Of a stretch of 64,000 bases of DNA, positions 17,753 to 26,857 are shown one piece after another; position 1 is the first letter of the stretch; every line of letters starts with the position of its first letter. The DNA is from Bacteroidales bacterium (lineage in GTDB: Bacteria; Bacteroidota; Bacteroidia; Bacteroidales; UBA932): NCBI GenBank assembly GCA_009777095.1, contig WRMN01000004.1:77475-141474 (forward strand), in the 5' to 3' direction. A program made the translations under genes and the position numbers. Below the pieces are notes generated by a model. That model saw only the letters and a list, made by a program, of their open reading frames with translations, made no database searches and was not told the DNA's origin.

Positions 17753-19044
17753 CAAAAGAGAAGTACGATTTAATTGTTATTGGCGGCGGGCCTGCAGGAA
17801 TGATGGCTGCAGGGCAAGCAGTAAGGCACAAACGAAGGGTTTTGCTGTTGGAAAAAATGGAAAAACCTTTGCGGAAATTACGCATTACCGGCAAGGGAAG
17901 GTGTAATATATCCAATACCCAAGCTTGGGAAGATTTTTCGAAGCATGTCTTCCCTAATCATCGTTTTTTTAAACCTGCTTTTTATAATTTTTCCAATACG
18001 GATTTTGTTGATTTTTTAAAACAAATCGGAGTCCCTACTGTTGTGGAGCGCGGTAATAGGATTTTTCCGCTTTCCCAAGATGCCTTTGAAGTAGCCGAAG
18101 CGCTTACTAAATGGGCAAAGGCGCAGGGTGTAGAAATTACGAACCACGCCGAGGTCGTGAATTTTCAGCAAGAGAAGGGCCTCATTGCAGCCGTAGAAGT
18201 TAAGCATCGTGCGCATACTGTGGTGTGTGCGGCAAAAGCGTTCATTCTTGCCACAGGCGGACTTTCCTATCCCGCCACAGGTTCTACCGGCGCAGGCTAT
18301 CGCTTGGCGCAGGCGACAGGGCACAGCGTTACGCCGCTATACCCTTCCTTAACCGGCATTCATCTGCATAAACACGCGGCTTCGCTAAAAGGCCTTGCCC
18401 TGCGTAATGTTGCGCTGGAGCTATGGATTGACGGCGGAAAAAAAGATGCAGAATTTGGAGAAATCAGTTTTAATGAAACGGGAATAGAAGGGCCGTCAGT
18501 GTTACGTCTCAGCCGTGCTGCCGTTATTGCTTTTGAGCAGGGAAAGAAGGTTAATTTTGTGCTAAATCTTAAACCGGCTATTCCTGTTGAGGAGTTGCAG
18601 CAACGCTTCCGTAACGATGTTGAAACATTAGCCGATAGTACGGTTGCTGCCTTATTGCGTAAATATATGCCTGCTGCCTTGATTTCGGGCTTTGCAGCTG
18701 CGGGAGGTTTTTCGCAGCAGCGCAAACTATCGGAACTAAGTGCGACTCATCTTAACAAATTGTTGCAGCAACTACAATCGTGGCATATACCTATGTCGGG
18801 TTATCAAGGTTATGAAAGAGCGGTAATCACTGCCGGCGGCGTTTCCTTCAATGATGTTGACCCTAAAACAATGCGTTCGCGTCATATCCTTAACTTATAC
18901 TTTGCAGGCGAGGTGCTTGATCTTGATGCCGACACCGGAGGCTACAACCTGCAAATCGCCTTCTCTACCGGTTATTTGGCAGGGGAGTCTGTTGTGAAGG
19001 CAACAGTTTCTCAAGTTTCAAGTAGTAAATCCCCAATTGTCTAA
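17749..19044 (+). CDS. NAD(P)/FAD-dependent oxidoreductase, HI0933/BaiN-like family
   Basis: YDLIVIGGGPAGMMAAG dinucleotide-binding motif, a C-terminal GGYNLQIAFSTG block, ~430 aa. GTG start. Confidence 0.8.
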   Translation: MTKEKYDLIVIGGGPAGMMAAGQAVRHKRRVLLLEKMEKPLRKLRITGKGRCNISNTQAWEDFSKHVFPNHRFFKPAFYNFSNTDFVDFLKQIGVPTVVERGNRIFPLSQDAFEVAEALTKWAKAQGVEITNHAEVVNFQQEKGLIAAVEVKHRAHTVVCAAKAFILATGGLSYPATGSTGAGYRLAQATGHSVTPLYPSLTGIHLHKHAASLKGLALRNVALELWIDGGKKDAEFGEISFNETGIEGPSVLRLSRAAVIAFEQGKKVNFVLNLKPAIPVEELQQRFRNDVETLADSTVAALLRKYMPAALISGFAAAGGFSQQRKLSELSATHLNKLLQQLQSWHIPMSGYQGYERAVITAGGVSFNDVDPKTMRSRHILNLYFAGEVLDLDADTGGYNLQIAFSTGYLAGESVVKATVSQVSSSKSPIV

Positions 19045-19051
19045 TAGTCAA

Positions 19052-19079
19052 TTATTCGTTATTCATTGTTCATTATTCA
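19052..19079 (+). repeat. 4 x 7-bp tandem repeat TTATTCG/TTATTCA/TTGTTCA/TTATTCA
   Basis: Read directly. It starts 8 nt after the stop of the oxidoreductase gene. Confidence 0.8.
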
Positions 19080-19090
19080 CTGAATTATCT

Positions 19091-19098
19091 TACCTTTG
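19091..19098 (+). promoter_or_regulatory. -7 box TACCTTTG for the 5-prime-nucleotidase gene
   Basis: Exact TAnnTTTG, 20 nt before the ATG at 19118. Confidence 0.55.
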
Positions 19099-19117
19099 CA
19101 AAAAAAAAAACTACATT

Positions 19118-20572
19118 ATGAAACAACTGAGCCTCATTTTATTTCTGCTAATCGTTATTTGCTCCTGCGGCAACCGCAACGCCTGTGTTTGCAGCGATGG
19201 GCAATGCGATACTTTGGTGATTATTTCTACCAATGATGTGCATTCGCAAATTCATGACATGCCTAAATTGGCTGCTTACGTACAAAGTCAGCGCGATAGC
19301 TTTTCGCATGTCTTACTGCTGAGCGCCGGCGATATGTTTTCCGGCAGTCCGGTGGTCGATAAATATAAAGAACGTGGCTATCCCATGATTGATTTAATGA
19401 ATCGCATAGGATACAGGGCTGCTACCTTAGGAAATCATGAGTTTGACTATGGCCAGGAAGTGCTGATTCAGCGCATCAAAGACGCGCAATTTGATTTTTT
19501 AGCAGCCAATGCAGCCTTCACTAACGACTTGAGGAATTTAGTCAAACCCTATATTATTGTTGATGTGAATGGAATAAAGACTGCTATTCTCGGCTTTATT
19601 GAAACCGAAGACGCAGGTATTCCTTCTACCTTGCCCGAAAATGTGGAAGGCGTGAAGTTTGCCGACGCCCTTTCCTTAGTCGATGCTTACCGCTCATTGC
19701 GCGATTCGGCTGAAGTCTTCCTTGTATTAAGCCATTTGGGAGTAAGAGAAGATATTAGTTTAGCTGTGCTATTGCCCGAAGCCGACCTCATTATCGGCGG
19801 ACATTCGCATACTTCTTTACCGCAGGGCTTGGATACTTGCGGCGTACTGATAGCACAAACCGGAGCCTATTTGCAAAATATCGGCAAAACTACCCTCTTC
19901 TTGAAAGCTGGAAAGGTAGTGAAGAAGAAAAGCGAGTTAATAGCTCTCGACTCCTTAACTGCTGTAGATAGTGCTATTCAACGATTAGTAGATGTTTATG
20001 AAAACGATCCGGCGCTGAAAGTTACTGTTGGAACGGCTGCTGCCGATATTACCGGAAAAGAGGCCTTGGGGAACCTTTTTACCGATGCCATGCGTATAGT
20101 ACATAAATTTGATATTGCCATATTTAACAGTGGCGGATTGAGGATTAATGCTTACCCTAAGGGGAATATCAGTTTTGAGGACGTTTATAAATTAGACCCT
20201 TTCGAAAACCAGTTGTATGTTTACCAACTGACCTTAGGAGAGTTGTCGGCCTTGTTAATAAATACCTATAACGATAAAAAGTCGGATATGTTGCGTATAT
20301 CCGGCGCCGAATGTACCTTGGCCTTAGACCCTGTAAATGCCGACAAGGCCCTTTCTATTACTGTTACCGGTTATAACGGCCAGCCGCTATTGCCGAAAGC
20401 CGCCTATCAGGTCGGAATGAGCAGTTATGTTAAGGAACGTTTTATGCCTTTGATTAATCCAAAAGATGAGGGCAGGCGTATTAAGGTAACCACTGCCGAG
20501 ACCTTGTTACAGTACCTTCAACTTGGCCCTGTAAGTCCGCAACCGCAGAGGGTGTTCTTTAGTAATGAATAA
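19118..20572 (+). CDS. bifunctional metallophosphatase / 5-prime-nucleotidase lipoprotein
   Basis: ATG at 19118 gives MKQLSLILFLLIVICSCGN (lipobox). GNHEFDYG and GGHSH metallophosphoesterase motifs, plus a C-terminal 5-nucleotidase domain. Confidence 0.85.
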   Translation: MKQLSLILFLLIVICSCGNRNACVCSDGQCDTLVIISTNDVHSQIHDMPKLAAYVQSQRDSFSHVLLLSAGDMFSGSPVVDKYKERGYPMIDLMNRIGYRAATLGNHEFDYGQEVLIQRIKDAQFDFLAANAAFTNDLRNLVKPYIIVDVNGIKTAILGFIETEDAGIPSTLPENVEGVKFADALSLVDAYRSLRDSAEVFLVLSHLGVREDISLAVLLPEADLIIGGHSHTSLPQGLDTCGVLIAQTGAYLQNIGKTTLFLKAGKVVKKKSELIALDSLTAVDSAIQRLVDVYENDPALKVTVGTAAADITGKEALGNLFTDAMRIVHKFDIAIFNSGGLRINAYPKGNISFEDVYKLDPFENQLYVYQLTLGELSALLINTYNDKKSDMLRISGAECTLALDPVNADKALSITVTGYNGQPLLPKAAYQVGMSSYVKERFMPLINPKDEGRRIKVTTAETLLQYLQLGPVSPQPQRVFFSNE

Positions 20573-20593
20573 TGAAAGGGTTCAAGGTTTAAT

Positions 20594-20618
20594 CGTCATT
20601 GCGAGGCACGAAGCAATC
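20594..20618 (+). repeat. REP-like element CGTCATTGCGAGGCACGAAGCAATC
   Basis: Family consensus in a convergent intergenic region, flanked by 12-bp direct repeats TCAAGGTTTAAT. Confidence 0.75.
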
Positions 20619-20628
20619 AAGGTTTAAT

Positions 20629-22275
20629 TTAATACCCTCTGCTGAATAGTTCCCACAGGGGGGCTTTCATGGCGCGCCAGCGTTGGGCAATAATCTCAAA
20701 GAAAGAGGAGCTATAGCTTGTCAATATAGCCTTGGCTTCTTCGGTTTTTCCTTGCTTTATCAATTCCTGCGCATGTAACTCCACTAAGGGCGTTTCTACA
20801 AACATTATTTCTTCCAGTTCAGCTACGGCCGGTTCAATGTATTGGCGTCCCTTGCTCCAGTTTAGGGTAGCAAGTTTGTTGGTTTCCCGAAAGGCCCATA
20901 CCGCTGCCTCCGGCCGATACCGCAATTGTCCGCATATAGCTGTTGCTGCGGGAAGTTTTGTGGCGCCGGCATAAATGGGAAAGCGAGGGCTCTGCCCCGG
21001 ATTGTCGAACGAGAACCACGCTACTCCGCCTACCTCGTCAGGCAGCCAGTCGCGACATTGAATAACGTGTGAGTAGGCGCACTGCGGCACCGCAATAGTA
21101 CGTATTCGTTCTATAACGCCGGGCTTCAGCGCATTCAGCAAATTGCGCATATCGGCGCTGAGCCAGTTGTGCATGAGCGGCGACTTTTCCATTACTGTGT
21201 CAATCACATTCCCCTTTTCATCTCTTTTCAACGTTTCAACCAATAATTCCTTAGTCATATCCCACTCGGTGCCTTCGTAAGTCTGGCGATAATAGGCAAT
21301 CACATCGCGCACCGACACTTTCTTGTCGGGTTTTACCGAAAAAGGCAATTCATCGGCGTCGAACTGCAAATTCAAGGAGGGCGCTAAGGTGCTAAGAATA
21401 TAATATTCGCGGATAGCAAAAGGTTTCTTGCCGTCGTGTACGACCTTCCAGAATTTAAAAGGCACCTCTCCGTCCCAATATCCCAATGTTTTAGCCCTTT
21501 CTCTGATGTCCTTGCTGTACATAAAAAAGGCAGGGTTGTTAAAATCCACATCTGAAATACGTGGAATGTTCGCCGACACGCCTACATGCTCATCGGGAAT
21601 GCGTTGAGCTACCCATAGTGCGCCGGGCTTTGGCGTACTGGTGCCCGACCCGCAGATTTCAAAATGCCACACTTCCTTTTTATCAGCCACCGTGAGGCAT
21701 TCGGCCAAGTCTCCGTAGCCGTATTCTTCGGCTAAGGCGCCCATGAGTTGAATGGCTTCACGGGCGGTACTGCACCGTTGCAGCGCTATGCGTTGCAGTT
21801 CTTCAATCAGAAACAATCCGTCTTTATTCACCAATTCTTTCCGACCTACGGTAGTGGTTTCGCCAATAGCCAATTGCTTTTCGTTCATGCAGGGATAGCC
21901 TGTGTTGAGGTAAGCGTAGGTTTTACGGACTTCGGGAATATTGCCTTTTGTGGCTACTTTGCGCATATCCCAAGGCTCTTCGGTGTGCGGCGTACCCCAC
22001 AAGACAGGGCGAAGGGTGTCGTTCGGAAATTCACGCGCCGGTTCAATAGTTAACCATGTACGGTAGTTGCCGTCGCAACTATGGGCAGTCATTACCGAGC
22101 CGTCCGTAGAGGCTTTTTTACCTACCATAATCGAAGTGCAGCTTTTGGGATTCAGCGCAGGATATTTTTCATTTTGCTCGCCTGCTATCAGCAGCAGCCC
22201 TGCCCCGATAGTCATAATGAGCAACAAGCTGCCAAAGCAAACGCCTAATCTTAATCTCATCATTTTAATTATCAA
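20629..22275 (-). CDS. C69-family dipeptidase
   Basis: CTSIMVGKKASTDGSVMTAHSCDG, with the N-terminal nucleophile Cys after the signal sequence. ~548 aa. The start may be one of the internal Met codons near the N-terminus. Confidence 0.8.
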   Translation of the reverse strand: MIIKMMRLRLGVCFGSLLLIMTIGAGLLLIAGEQNEKYPALNPKSCTSIMVGKKASTDGSVMTAHSCDGNYRTWLTIEPAREFPNDTLRPVLWGTPHTEEPWDMRKVATKGNIPEVRKTYAYLNTGYPCMNEKQLAIGETTTVGRKELVNKDGLFLIEELQRIALQRCSTAREAIQLMGALAEEYGYGDLAECLTVADKKEVWHFEICGSGTSTPKPGALWVAQRIPDEHVGVSANIPRISDVDFNNPAFFMYSKDIRERAKTLGYWDGEVPFKFWKVVHDGKKPFAIREYYILSTLAPSLNLQFDADELPFSVKPDKKVSVRDVIAYYRQTYEGTEWDMTKELLVETLKRDEKGNVIDTVMEKSPLMHNWLSADMRNLLNALKPGVIERIRTIAVPQCAYSHVIQCRDWLPDEVGGVAWFSFDNPGQSPRFPIYAGATKLPAATAICGQLRYRPEAAVWAFRETNKLATLNWSKGRQYIEPAVAELEEIMFVETPLVELHAQELIKQGKTEEAKAILTSYSSSFFEIIAQRWRAMKAPLWELFSRGY

Positions 22276-22280
22276 TTATT

Positions 22281-22847
22281 CTACCTCACTCTCTCCGCAT
22301 ATTCCCGTGTACGGGTATCTACTTTAATTTTGTCGCCCTGATTGACAAAAAGGGGAACCATAATTTCGGCGCCGGTGGCGATAGTTGCGCTTTTTTGCGC
22401 ATTGGTTGATGCGGTGTCGCCCTTTACAGCCGGTTCGGTATATACTATTTCTGATTCAATAAAAGGCGGCATCTCACAAGTGAGTACTCGATCTTCGTCG
22501 GCATGGAACATCATTTCCACATATTGTCCCTCGGCCATGAGGTCGGCGTTATCTACCATATCTTCCTGTAAATCAATTTGTTCAAAAGTTTCATTGTGCA
22601 TAAAATGGAAACCCGATTCATCTTTGTACAAAAATTGATAAGGTCGGCGTTCGATACGTATGATATCTACTTTTTCGCCGGCGTTATATGTGTTTTCCAA
22701 CATTTTTCCGTTTTCCAGATTACGCATTTTAACCTTTACAAAAGCGCCGCCCTTGCCGGGTTTTACATGTTGAAACCATACGATAGAACAAGGTTTTCCG
22801 TTAAAATTAATACAAAGTCCGTTTTTAAAATCTGCTGTTGTTGCCAT
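22281..22847 (-). CDS. efp: translation elongation factor P (Lys-type loop KPGKGGA)
   Basis: 188 aa. HVKPGKGGAFVKVKMRNL loop and the three-domain EF-P pattern. Lies 5 nt upstream of the dipeptidase gene. Confidence 0.95.
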   Translation of the reverse strand: MATTADFKNGLCINFNGKPCSIVWFQHVKPGKGGAFVKVKMRNLENGKMLENTYNAGEKVDIIRIERRPYQFLYKDESGFHFMHNETFEQIDLQEDMVDNADLMAEGQYVEMMFHADEDRVLTCEMPPFIESEIVYTEPAVKGDTASTNAQKSATIATGAEIMVPLFVNQGDKIKVDTRTREYAERVR

Positions 22848-22954
22848 AAGATTATTTGTTTTTATTTAATTATCAATTAATTATACTTTGTCTGTTATTT
22901 TTAGTTTTAGGCAAGGTTTAAACTGTTTGTAAGTAATATACAATTTCCATTTTA

Positions 22955-22962
22955 CAAAGATA
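22955..22962 (-). promoter_or_regulatory. -7 box TATCTTTG upstream of efp
   Basis: Reverse-strand exact match about 107 nt upstream of the efp ATG. Confidence 0.4.
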
Positions 22963-23115
22963 ATACATAAAATTGAAAAATGAAAAAGTACTTAACCGTC
23001 CATTTCGTCCTAAAGCCTAAAATGTATTCAAAAAATTAACAATAAGAAAAATTTATGGATCATGGAAATAGTACAATGTTTTTTCACATTACTTTGGATT
23101 TTCAAAATTTATACC

Positions 23116-23123
23116 TACTTTTG
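23116..23123 (+). promoter_or_regulatory. -7 box TACTTTTG for the GNAT gene
   Basis: Exact TAnnTTTG, 21 nt before the ATG at 23144. Confidence 0.5.
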
Positions 23124-23143
23124 TTTGTTGAACTAATACATAT

Positions 23144-23599
23144 ATGGCAACAATTATCAGGCGCGCAACTAAAGAAGACTGCCCCCGCATCATGGATCTT
23201 ATTCATGAATTAGCTGATTATGAGAAAAGACCGGAGGAAGTCGATGCTTCTCTAAGTCATTTTGAAGAAAGTTGTTTCGGCCCTCACCCCGTATGTTGGG
23301 CCTTTGTAGCCGAAATTGACAGCATTATTTATGGATTTGCCTTATATTATATCCGTTACAGTACATGGAAAGGACAACGCATGTACTTGGAAGATATTTA
23401 TGTTGTTCCTGAAAAACGAAGGCAAGGTGTTGGTAAATTGCTATTTGAGCAATTAATAATTGAAGCTGAAGAAAGAAAATTTTCGGGTATGAATTGGCAG
23501 GTCTTAGACTGGAACGAATTGGCTTTAGGGTTTTACCGCAAGTATAAAACAAATTTTGATCCTGTCTGGGTCAATTGCAGTATAGAGTTCAAAGTTTAA
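23144..23599 (+). CDS. GNAT-family N-acetyltransferase (diamine/spermidine acetyltransferase-like)
   Basis: ELADYEK.., RRQGVGKLLFEQL acetyl-CoA binding motif. 151 aa. Confidence 0.75.
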   Translation: MATIIRRATKEDCPRIMDLIHELADYEKRPEEVDASLSHFEESCFGPHPVCWAFVAEIDSIIYGFALYYIRYSTWKGQRMYLEDIYVVPEKRRQGVGKLLFEQLIIEAEERKFSGMNWQVLDWNELALGFYRKYKTNFDPVWVNCSIEFKV

Positions 23600-23641
23600 G
23601 GTTCAACTGTTAATTTTACTATACCTTTAATAATTAATAAC

Positions 23642-24946
23642 ATGAATACAAAAAAACAAAACAACATTCTGGCAATTATCGTGATGATTTTCCTTTTCGG
23701 AATGATCTCATTTGTTACTAACTTGGCCTCCCCCATGGGAGACATTTTAAAATTCCAATTTGGCGTTTCCAACTGGATGGGAACCCTTGGGGTTTTTGCC
23801 AATTTTATAGCTTATGCCGTAATGGGTTATCCTGCCGGTAATTTATTGCAAAAATTAGGCTACAAAAAAACAGCGCTTATAGCCATCGCTGTAGGTTTTA
23901 TTGGTGTTGGCATTCAAACCCTTTCAGGTTCATTTGAAAGTTTTGGCGTTTATCTGTTAGGCGCCTTTATAGCCGGTTTCTCTATGTGTTTGCTTAACAC
24001 TGTGGTTAATCCTATGTTAAATGGTTTAGGCGGAGGCGGGAACAAAGGAAACCAACTGATCCAGATAGGAGGTTCTTTCAATTCTCTTTGCGGTACAGCC
24101 GTGATTATTCTGACAGGGATATTAATTCCTGAAATCACAAAAGCCCAAATTAGCCATGTATTCCCGTTGATGTATGCTGCCTTGGCTATTTTTGCATTTG
24201 CATTCTTCGTTATTTTACTAACAGCTATTCCAGAAAAAGAACGGCAAGTTCAAGCTGTAGCCGAAAAATCTAAATACAGTCCCTTATCTTTCCGTCATTT
24301 TGTTTTGGGCGCTATCGGCATATTTGTATATGTCGGAGTGGAAGTTGGTATTCCCAATGTATTGAATAAATGGCTTCAAAACCCGAACTTAGATGTTTTA
24401 CAATTAGGCGGACTGGGGGGCGCCGAAGCTATTGCAGGCTCTGTTGCAGCGACTTACTGGTTCCTAATGCTTATAGGACGACTCGTAGGTGCAGTCATTG
24501 GAAGCAAGGTATCTGCAAAAGCTATGCTAAGCGTAACTTGTGTTATAGGCTTAGCGTTGACCTTTGCAGGTATATTCGCTCCTGCTTCCATAATGGTTAG
24601 TTTGCCTGTATTCAAAAGTAGTGCAGAGGGGTTATTCGGCTTAGCCAATGTTCCTGTTAATGCTGCTTTGTTTGTATTGGTTGGTTTGTGTACTTCCGTG
24701 ATGTGGGGCGGGATCTTTAATCTTGCAGTGGAAGGGTTAGGAAAATATACCGAAAAGGCTTCCGGAATTTTCATGGTGATGGTTTGCGGCGGCGGTATTT
24801 TGCCTTTATTGCAAAACGGCATCATTGATATGACTGGCGGTACGGGCTACCTTGCCAGTTACTGGGTAGTTATCGCAGGTTTAGCCTACATGCTCTATTA
24901 TGCACTAATCGGTAGCAAGAATGTGAATAAGGATATAGCTGTGTAA
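23642..24946 (+). CDS. sugar MFS transporter (glucose/galactose or fucose permease-like)
   Basis: 434 aa, about 12 TM segments, GluP/FucP-like N-terminus (FGMISFVTNLASPMGDILKFQF). Followed by a hairpin terminator. Confidence 0.7.
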   Translation: MNTKKQNNILAIIVMIFLFGMISFVTNLASPMGDILKFQFGVSNWMGTLGVFANFIAYAVMGYPAGNLLQKLGYKKTALIAIAVGFIGVGIQTLSGSFESFGVYLLGAFIAGFSMCLLNTVVNPMLNGLGGGGNKGNQLIQIGGSFNSLCGTAVIILTGILIPEITKAQISHVFPLMYAALAIFAFAFFVILLTAIPEKERQVQAVAEKSKYSPLSFRHFVLGAIGIFVYVGVEVGIPNVLNKWLQNPNLDVLQLGGLGGAEAIAGSVAATYWFLMLIGRLVGAVIGSKVSAKAMLSVTCVIGLALTFAGIFAPASIMVSLPVFKSSAEGLFGLANVPVNAALFVLVGLCTSVMWGGIFNLAVEGLGKYTEKASGIFMVMVCGGGILPLLQNGIIDMTGGTGYLASYWVVIAGLAYMLYYALIGSKNVNKDIAV

Positions 24947-24965
24947 TTAAAATAAACACTTGCTT

Positions 24966-24990
24966 ATGCAGTTTTTACTGCATGTTTTTA
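24966..24990 (+). terminator. rho-independent terminator after the MFS transporter gene
   Basis: ATGCAGT-TTTT-ACTGCAT (7-bp perfect stem, 4-nt loop) followed by GTTTTTA, 20 nt after the stop. Confidence 0.6.
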
Positions 24991-25034
24991 TATTTATGAA
25001 TTTTTAATTTTTGTCATCTACTAAAATTTTTACG

Positions 25035-25042
25035 TAAATTTG
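25035..25042 (+). promoter_or_regulatory. -7 box TAAATTTG upstream of the M48 peptidase gene
   Basis: Exact TAnnTTTG. A 25-codon ORF (ATG 25050) lies between it and the annotated TTG start. Confidence 0.4.
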
Positions 25043-25151
25043 CAAGAAAATGAAATTAACAAACTTTGACCAACGAAGACCTCAAAAATCATATTCTTCG
25101 CGTGGGCAAGCCTATTTATTCTGTTGAGAATAAATAATTTCACCGTGCTTC

Positions 25152-25871
25152 TTGGAAAGAATTATAGAACATAAAACCTTGGGATTGGTTACCTTGCGTA
25201 AAGTACGCCGATCGCGCAGCCTGAAAATATCGGTGCGCTCGGAAGGCGTGCTGGTAACATTGCCTTTTGCCGCCTCGTTTGATGCGGCCTTGCGTTTTCT
25301 GCAAGAGCGTGAGGATTGGGCTTTGCGGACGCTTCAAAAGGTGCGGGTGAAAGAAGAGCGGGGAAAAACCAAGTTTACGCCCGAAACCGACTTTGGCACT
25401 TATTCCCGCAAGGTGCAACTATTCCCCGACGACCGACAGAATGTGCGTGTCAAGGTACGGCCTGATGTGGTGGAAATTTATTACCCCGCCGCCCGCGATA
25501 TTAATGACCCTGTGTTGCAGGAAGTGATTCGCAAGGCAGTGGAGCATGCATGGAAGGTAGAGGCACATGAGGTACTGCCGACGCGTGTGAAAGCCTTGGC
25601 CGAGCAGCACGGACTGAGCTATAAACGGCTTTCCATACGCAGCGCCCGCTCTCGTTGGGGAAGCTGTTCGGCTGAAAACAGTATTAACCTCAGCATACAT
25701 CTGATGCATCTTCCCGAACATTTAATCGACTATGTTATTCTGCACGAATTGTGCCACACGCGGCATAAAAATCACGGCCCGACCTTTTGGGCTTTGTTAG
25801 AGGAGATGACCAACGGAAAAGCGCGTACCTACGATAGACAGATGAAAGCCCACAGCACGAGCGTGTATTGA
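25152..25871 (+). CDS. M48-family metallopeptidase, YgjP/DUF45-like
   Basis: ILHELCHTRHKNHGPTFW (HExxH plus the downstream motif). 239 aa. TTG start in the ORF track; the exact start is uncertain. Confidence 0.75.
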   Translation: MERIIEHKTLGLVTLRKVRRSRSLKISVRSEGVLVTLPFAASFDAALRFLQEREDWALRTLQKVRVKEERGKTKFTPETDFGTYSRKVQLFPDDRQNVRVKVRPDVVEIYYPAARDINDPVLQEVIRKAVEHAWKVEAHEVLPTRVKALAEQHGLSYKRLSIRSARSRWGSCSAENSINLSIHLMHLPEHLIDYVILHELCHTRHKNHGPTFWALLEEMTNGKARTYDRQMKAHSTSVY

Positions 25872-25872
25872 A

Positions 25873-25900
25873 TTGAGAGTTGAGAATTGAGAATTGAGAG
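25873..25900 (+). repeat. 4 x 7-bp tandem repeat TTGAGAG/TTGAGAA/TTGAGAA/TTGAGAG followed by TTGG
   Basis: Read directly. It starts 2 nt after the stop of the M48 peptidase gene. Confidence 0.85.
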
Positions 25901-25920
25901 TTGGCAAATGCAGGGGGGAA

Positions 25921-26016
25921 GTTGATATAGTGGCAATGATAAAAAACTTATTGTCAATGGATTATAAATATATTTAAGTTTTATTACCTTATTAAATCCC
26001 GTTAAGGCAGTGCAAA
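25921..26016 (+). repeat. 96-bp direct repeat, copy 1 (upstream of the DUF4160/DUF2442 pair)
   Basis: GTTGATATAGTGGCAATGATAAAAAACTTATTGTCAATGG...GGCAGTGCAAA. Identical to 26753-26848 except for 2 substitutions. Confidence 0.9.
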
Positions 26017-26042
26017 TATTTGCAGGTTATAAAATTATTACC

Positions 26043-26050
26043 TAATTTTG
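26043..26050 (+). promoter_or_regulatory. -7 box TAATTTTG for the DUF4160/DUF2442 pair
   Basis: Exact TAnnTTTG, 28 nt before the ATG at 26078. Confidence 0.5.
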
Positions 26051-26077
26051 TATTGTAACTTAATAAAAAGAACATTT

Positions 26078-26314
26078 ATGCCTACATTATTAACGATTTT
26101 CGGATTAAGATTTTATTTCTATTCGGGCGACCACGACCCGATACACATTCATGTTGAAAATGCTGATGGGGAGGCTAAATTTGAAATTGAAACGAATATA
26201 AAAATTATTTACAATCACGGATTGAAAAACAAAGACTTGCGACTTGCAGAAAGTATTATTGAAGAAAATAAAGAAAATTTTATCACTATCTGGAAAAATA
26301 AGATGTTAGAGTAA
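26078..26314 (+). CDS. DUF4160-family protein (toxin-antitoxin-like pair, first gene)
   Basis: ATG at 26078. FGLRFYFYSGDHDPIHIHVENADGEAKFEI matches the DUF4160 signature. ~78 aa. Confidence 0.75.
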   Translation: MPTLLTIFGLRFYFYSGDHDPIHIHVENADGEAKFEIETNIKIIYNHGLKNKDLRLAESIIEENKENFITIWKNKMLE

Positions 26315-26727
26315 TGGAAACAAAATTGGATATAAATAAGCTTTGGTTTGACGAAAATAAAATTTTCATTCAAACCAAAAACAAAAAAAAGTACGCACAG
26401 TCGCTTCTGTGGTATAAACGTTTACTAAATGCAACGGAGCAGCAGCGAAACAATTACTATTTTTCGTATTCAGGCATTCATTTCCCCGACATTGATGAAG
26501 ATATTTCCTTTGAAAGTTTTTTGCGCAGAATGGAAGAGCCTATTGGTATTTCAAAACTTTTTCTTATGCACCCTGAACTTAATGTGTCGGCTGTTGCCCG
26601 CAGATTGGGTATGTCACAAAGTTTACTTTCTGCCTATATTAACGGACTTAAGAAGCCGTCAAGAAAGCGTGAAACGGAAATAAAAAACGTTGTTAAAGCA
26701 ATAGGGGAAGAGTTGGTAATGGTTTAG
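26314..26727 (+). CDS. DUF2442-like protein with a C-terminal HTH segment (second gene of the pair)
   Basis: 1-nt overlap with the upstream stop (TAATG). The N-terminal part (IFIQTKNKKKYAQSLLWYKRL..GIHFPDIDEDISFE) resembles DUF2442. The C-terminal SAVARRLGMSQSLLSAYINGLKKPS looks like an XRE-type HTH. Confidence 0.6.
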   Translation: METKLDINKLWFDENKIFIQTKNKKKYAQSLLWYKRLLNATEQQRNNYYFSYSGIHFPDIDEDISFESFLRRMEEPIGISKLFLMHPELNVSAVARRLGMSQSLLSAYINGLKKPSRKRETEIKNVVKAIGEELVMV

Positions 26728-26752
26728 TATAAACAAAAAATATAGGGAGGCT

Positions 26753-26848
26753 GTTGATATAGTGGCAATGATAAAAAACTTATTGTCAATGAATTATAAA
26801 TATATTTAAGTTTTATTACCTTATTAAATCCCATTAAGGCAGTGCAAA
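26753..26848 (+). repeat. 96-bp direct repeat, copy 2 (downstream of the DUF4160/DUF2442 pair)
   Basis: Same sequence as 25921-26016 with G>A changes at two positions. Followed by a -7 box, as copy 1 is. Confidence 0.9.
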
Positions 26849-26857
26849 GGGAATCAA

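Noticed and set aside
25050-25127. 25-codon ORF between the -7 box and the annotated TTG start of the M48 peptidase gene.
   Set aside because: There is no evidence of translation or conservation, and it may simply reflect uncertainty in the peptidase start. It is mentioned only in the promoter feature.
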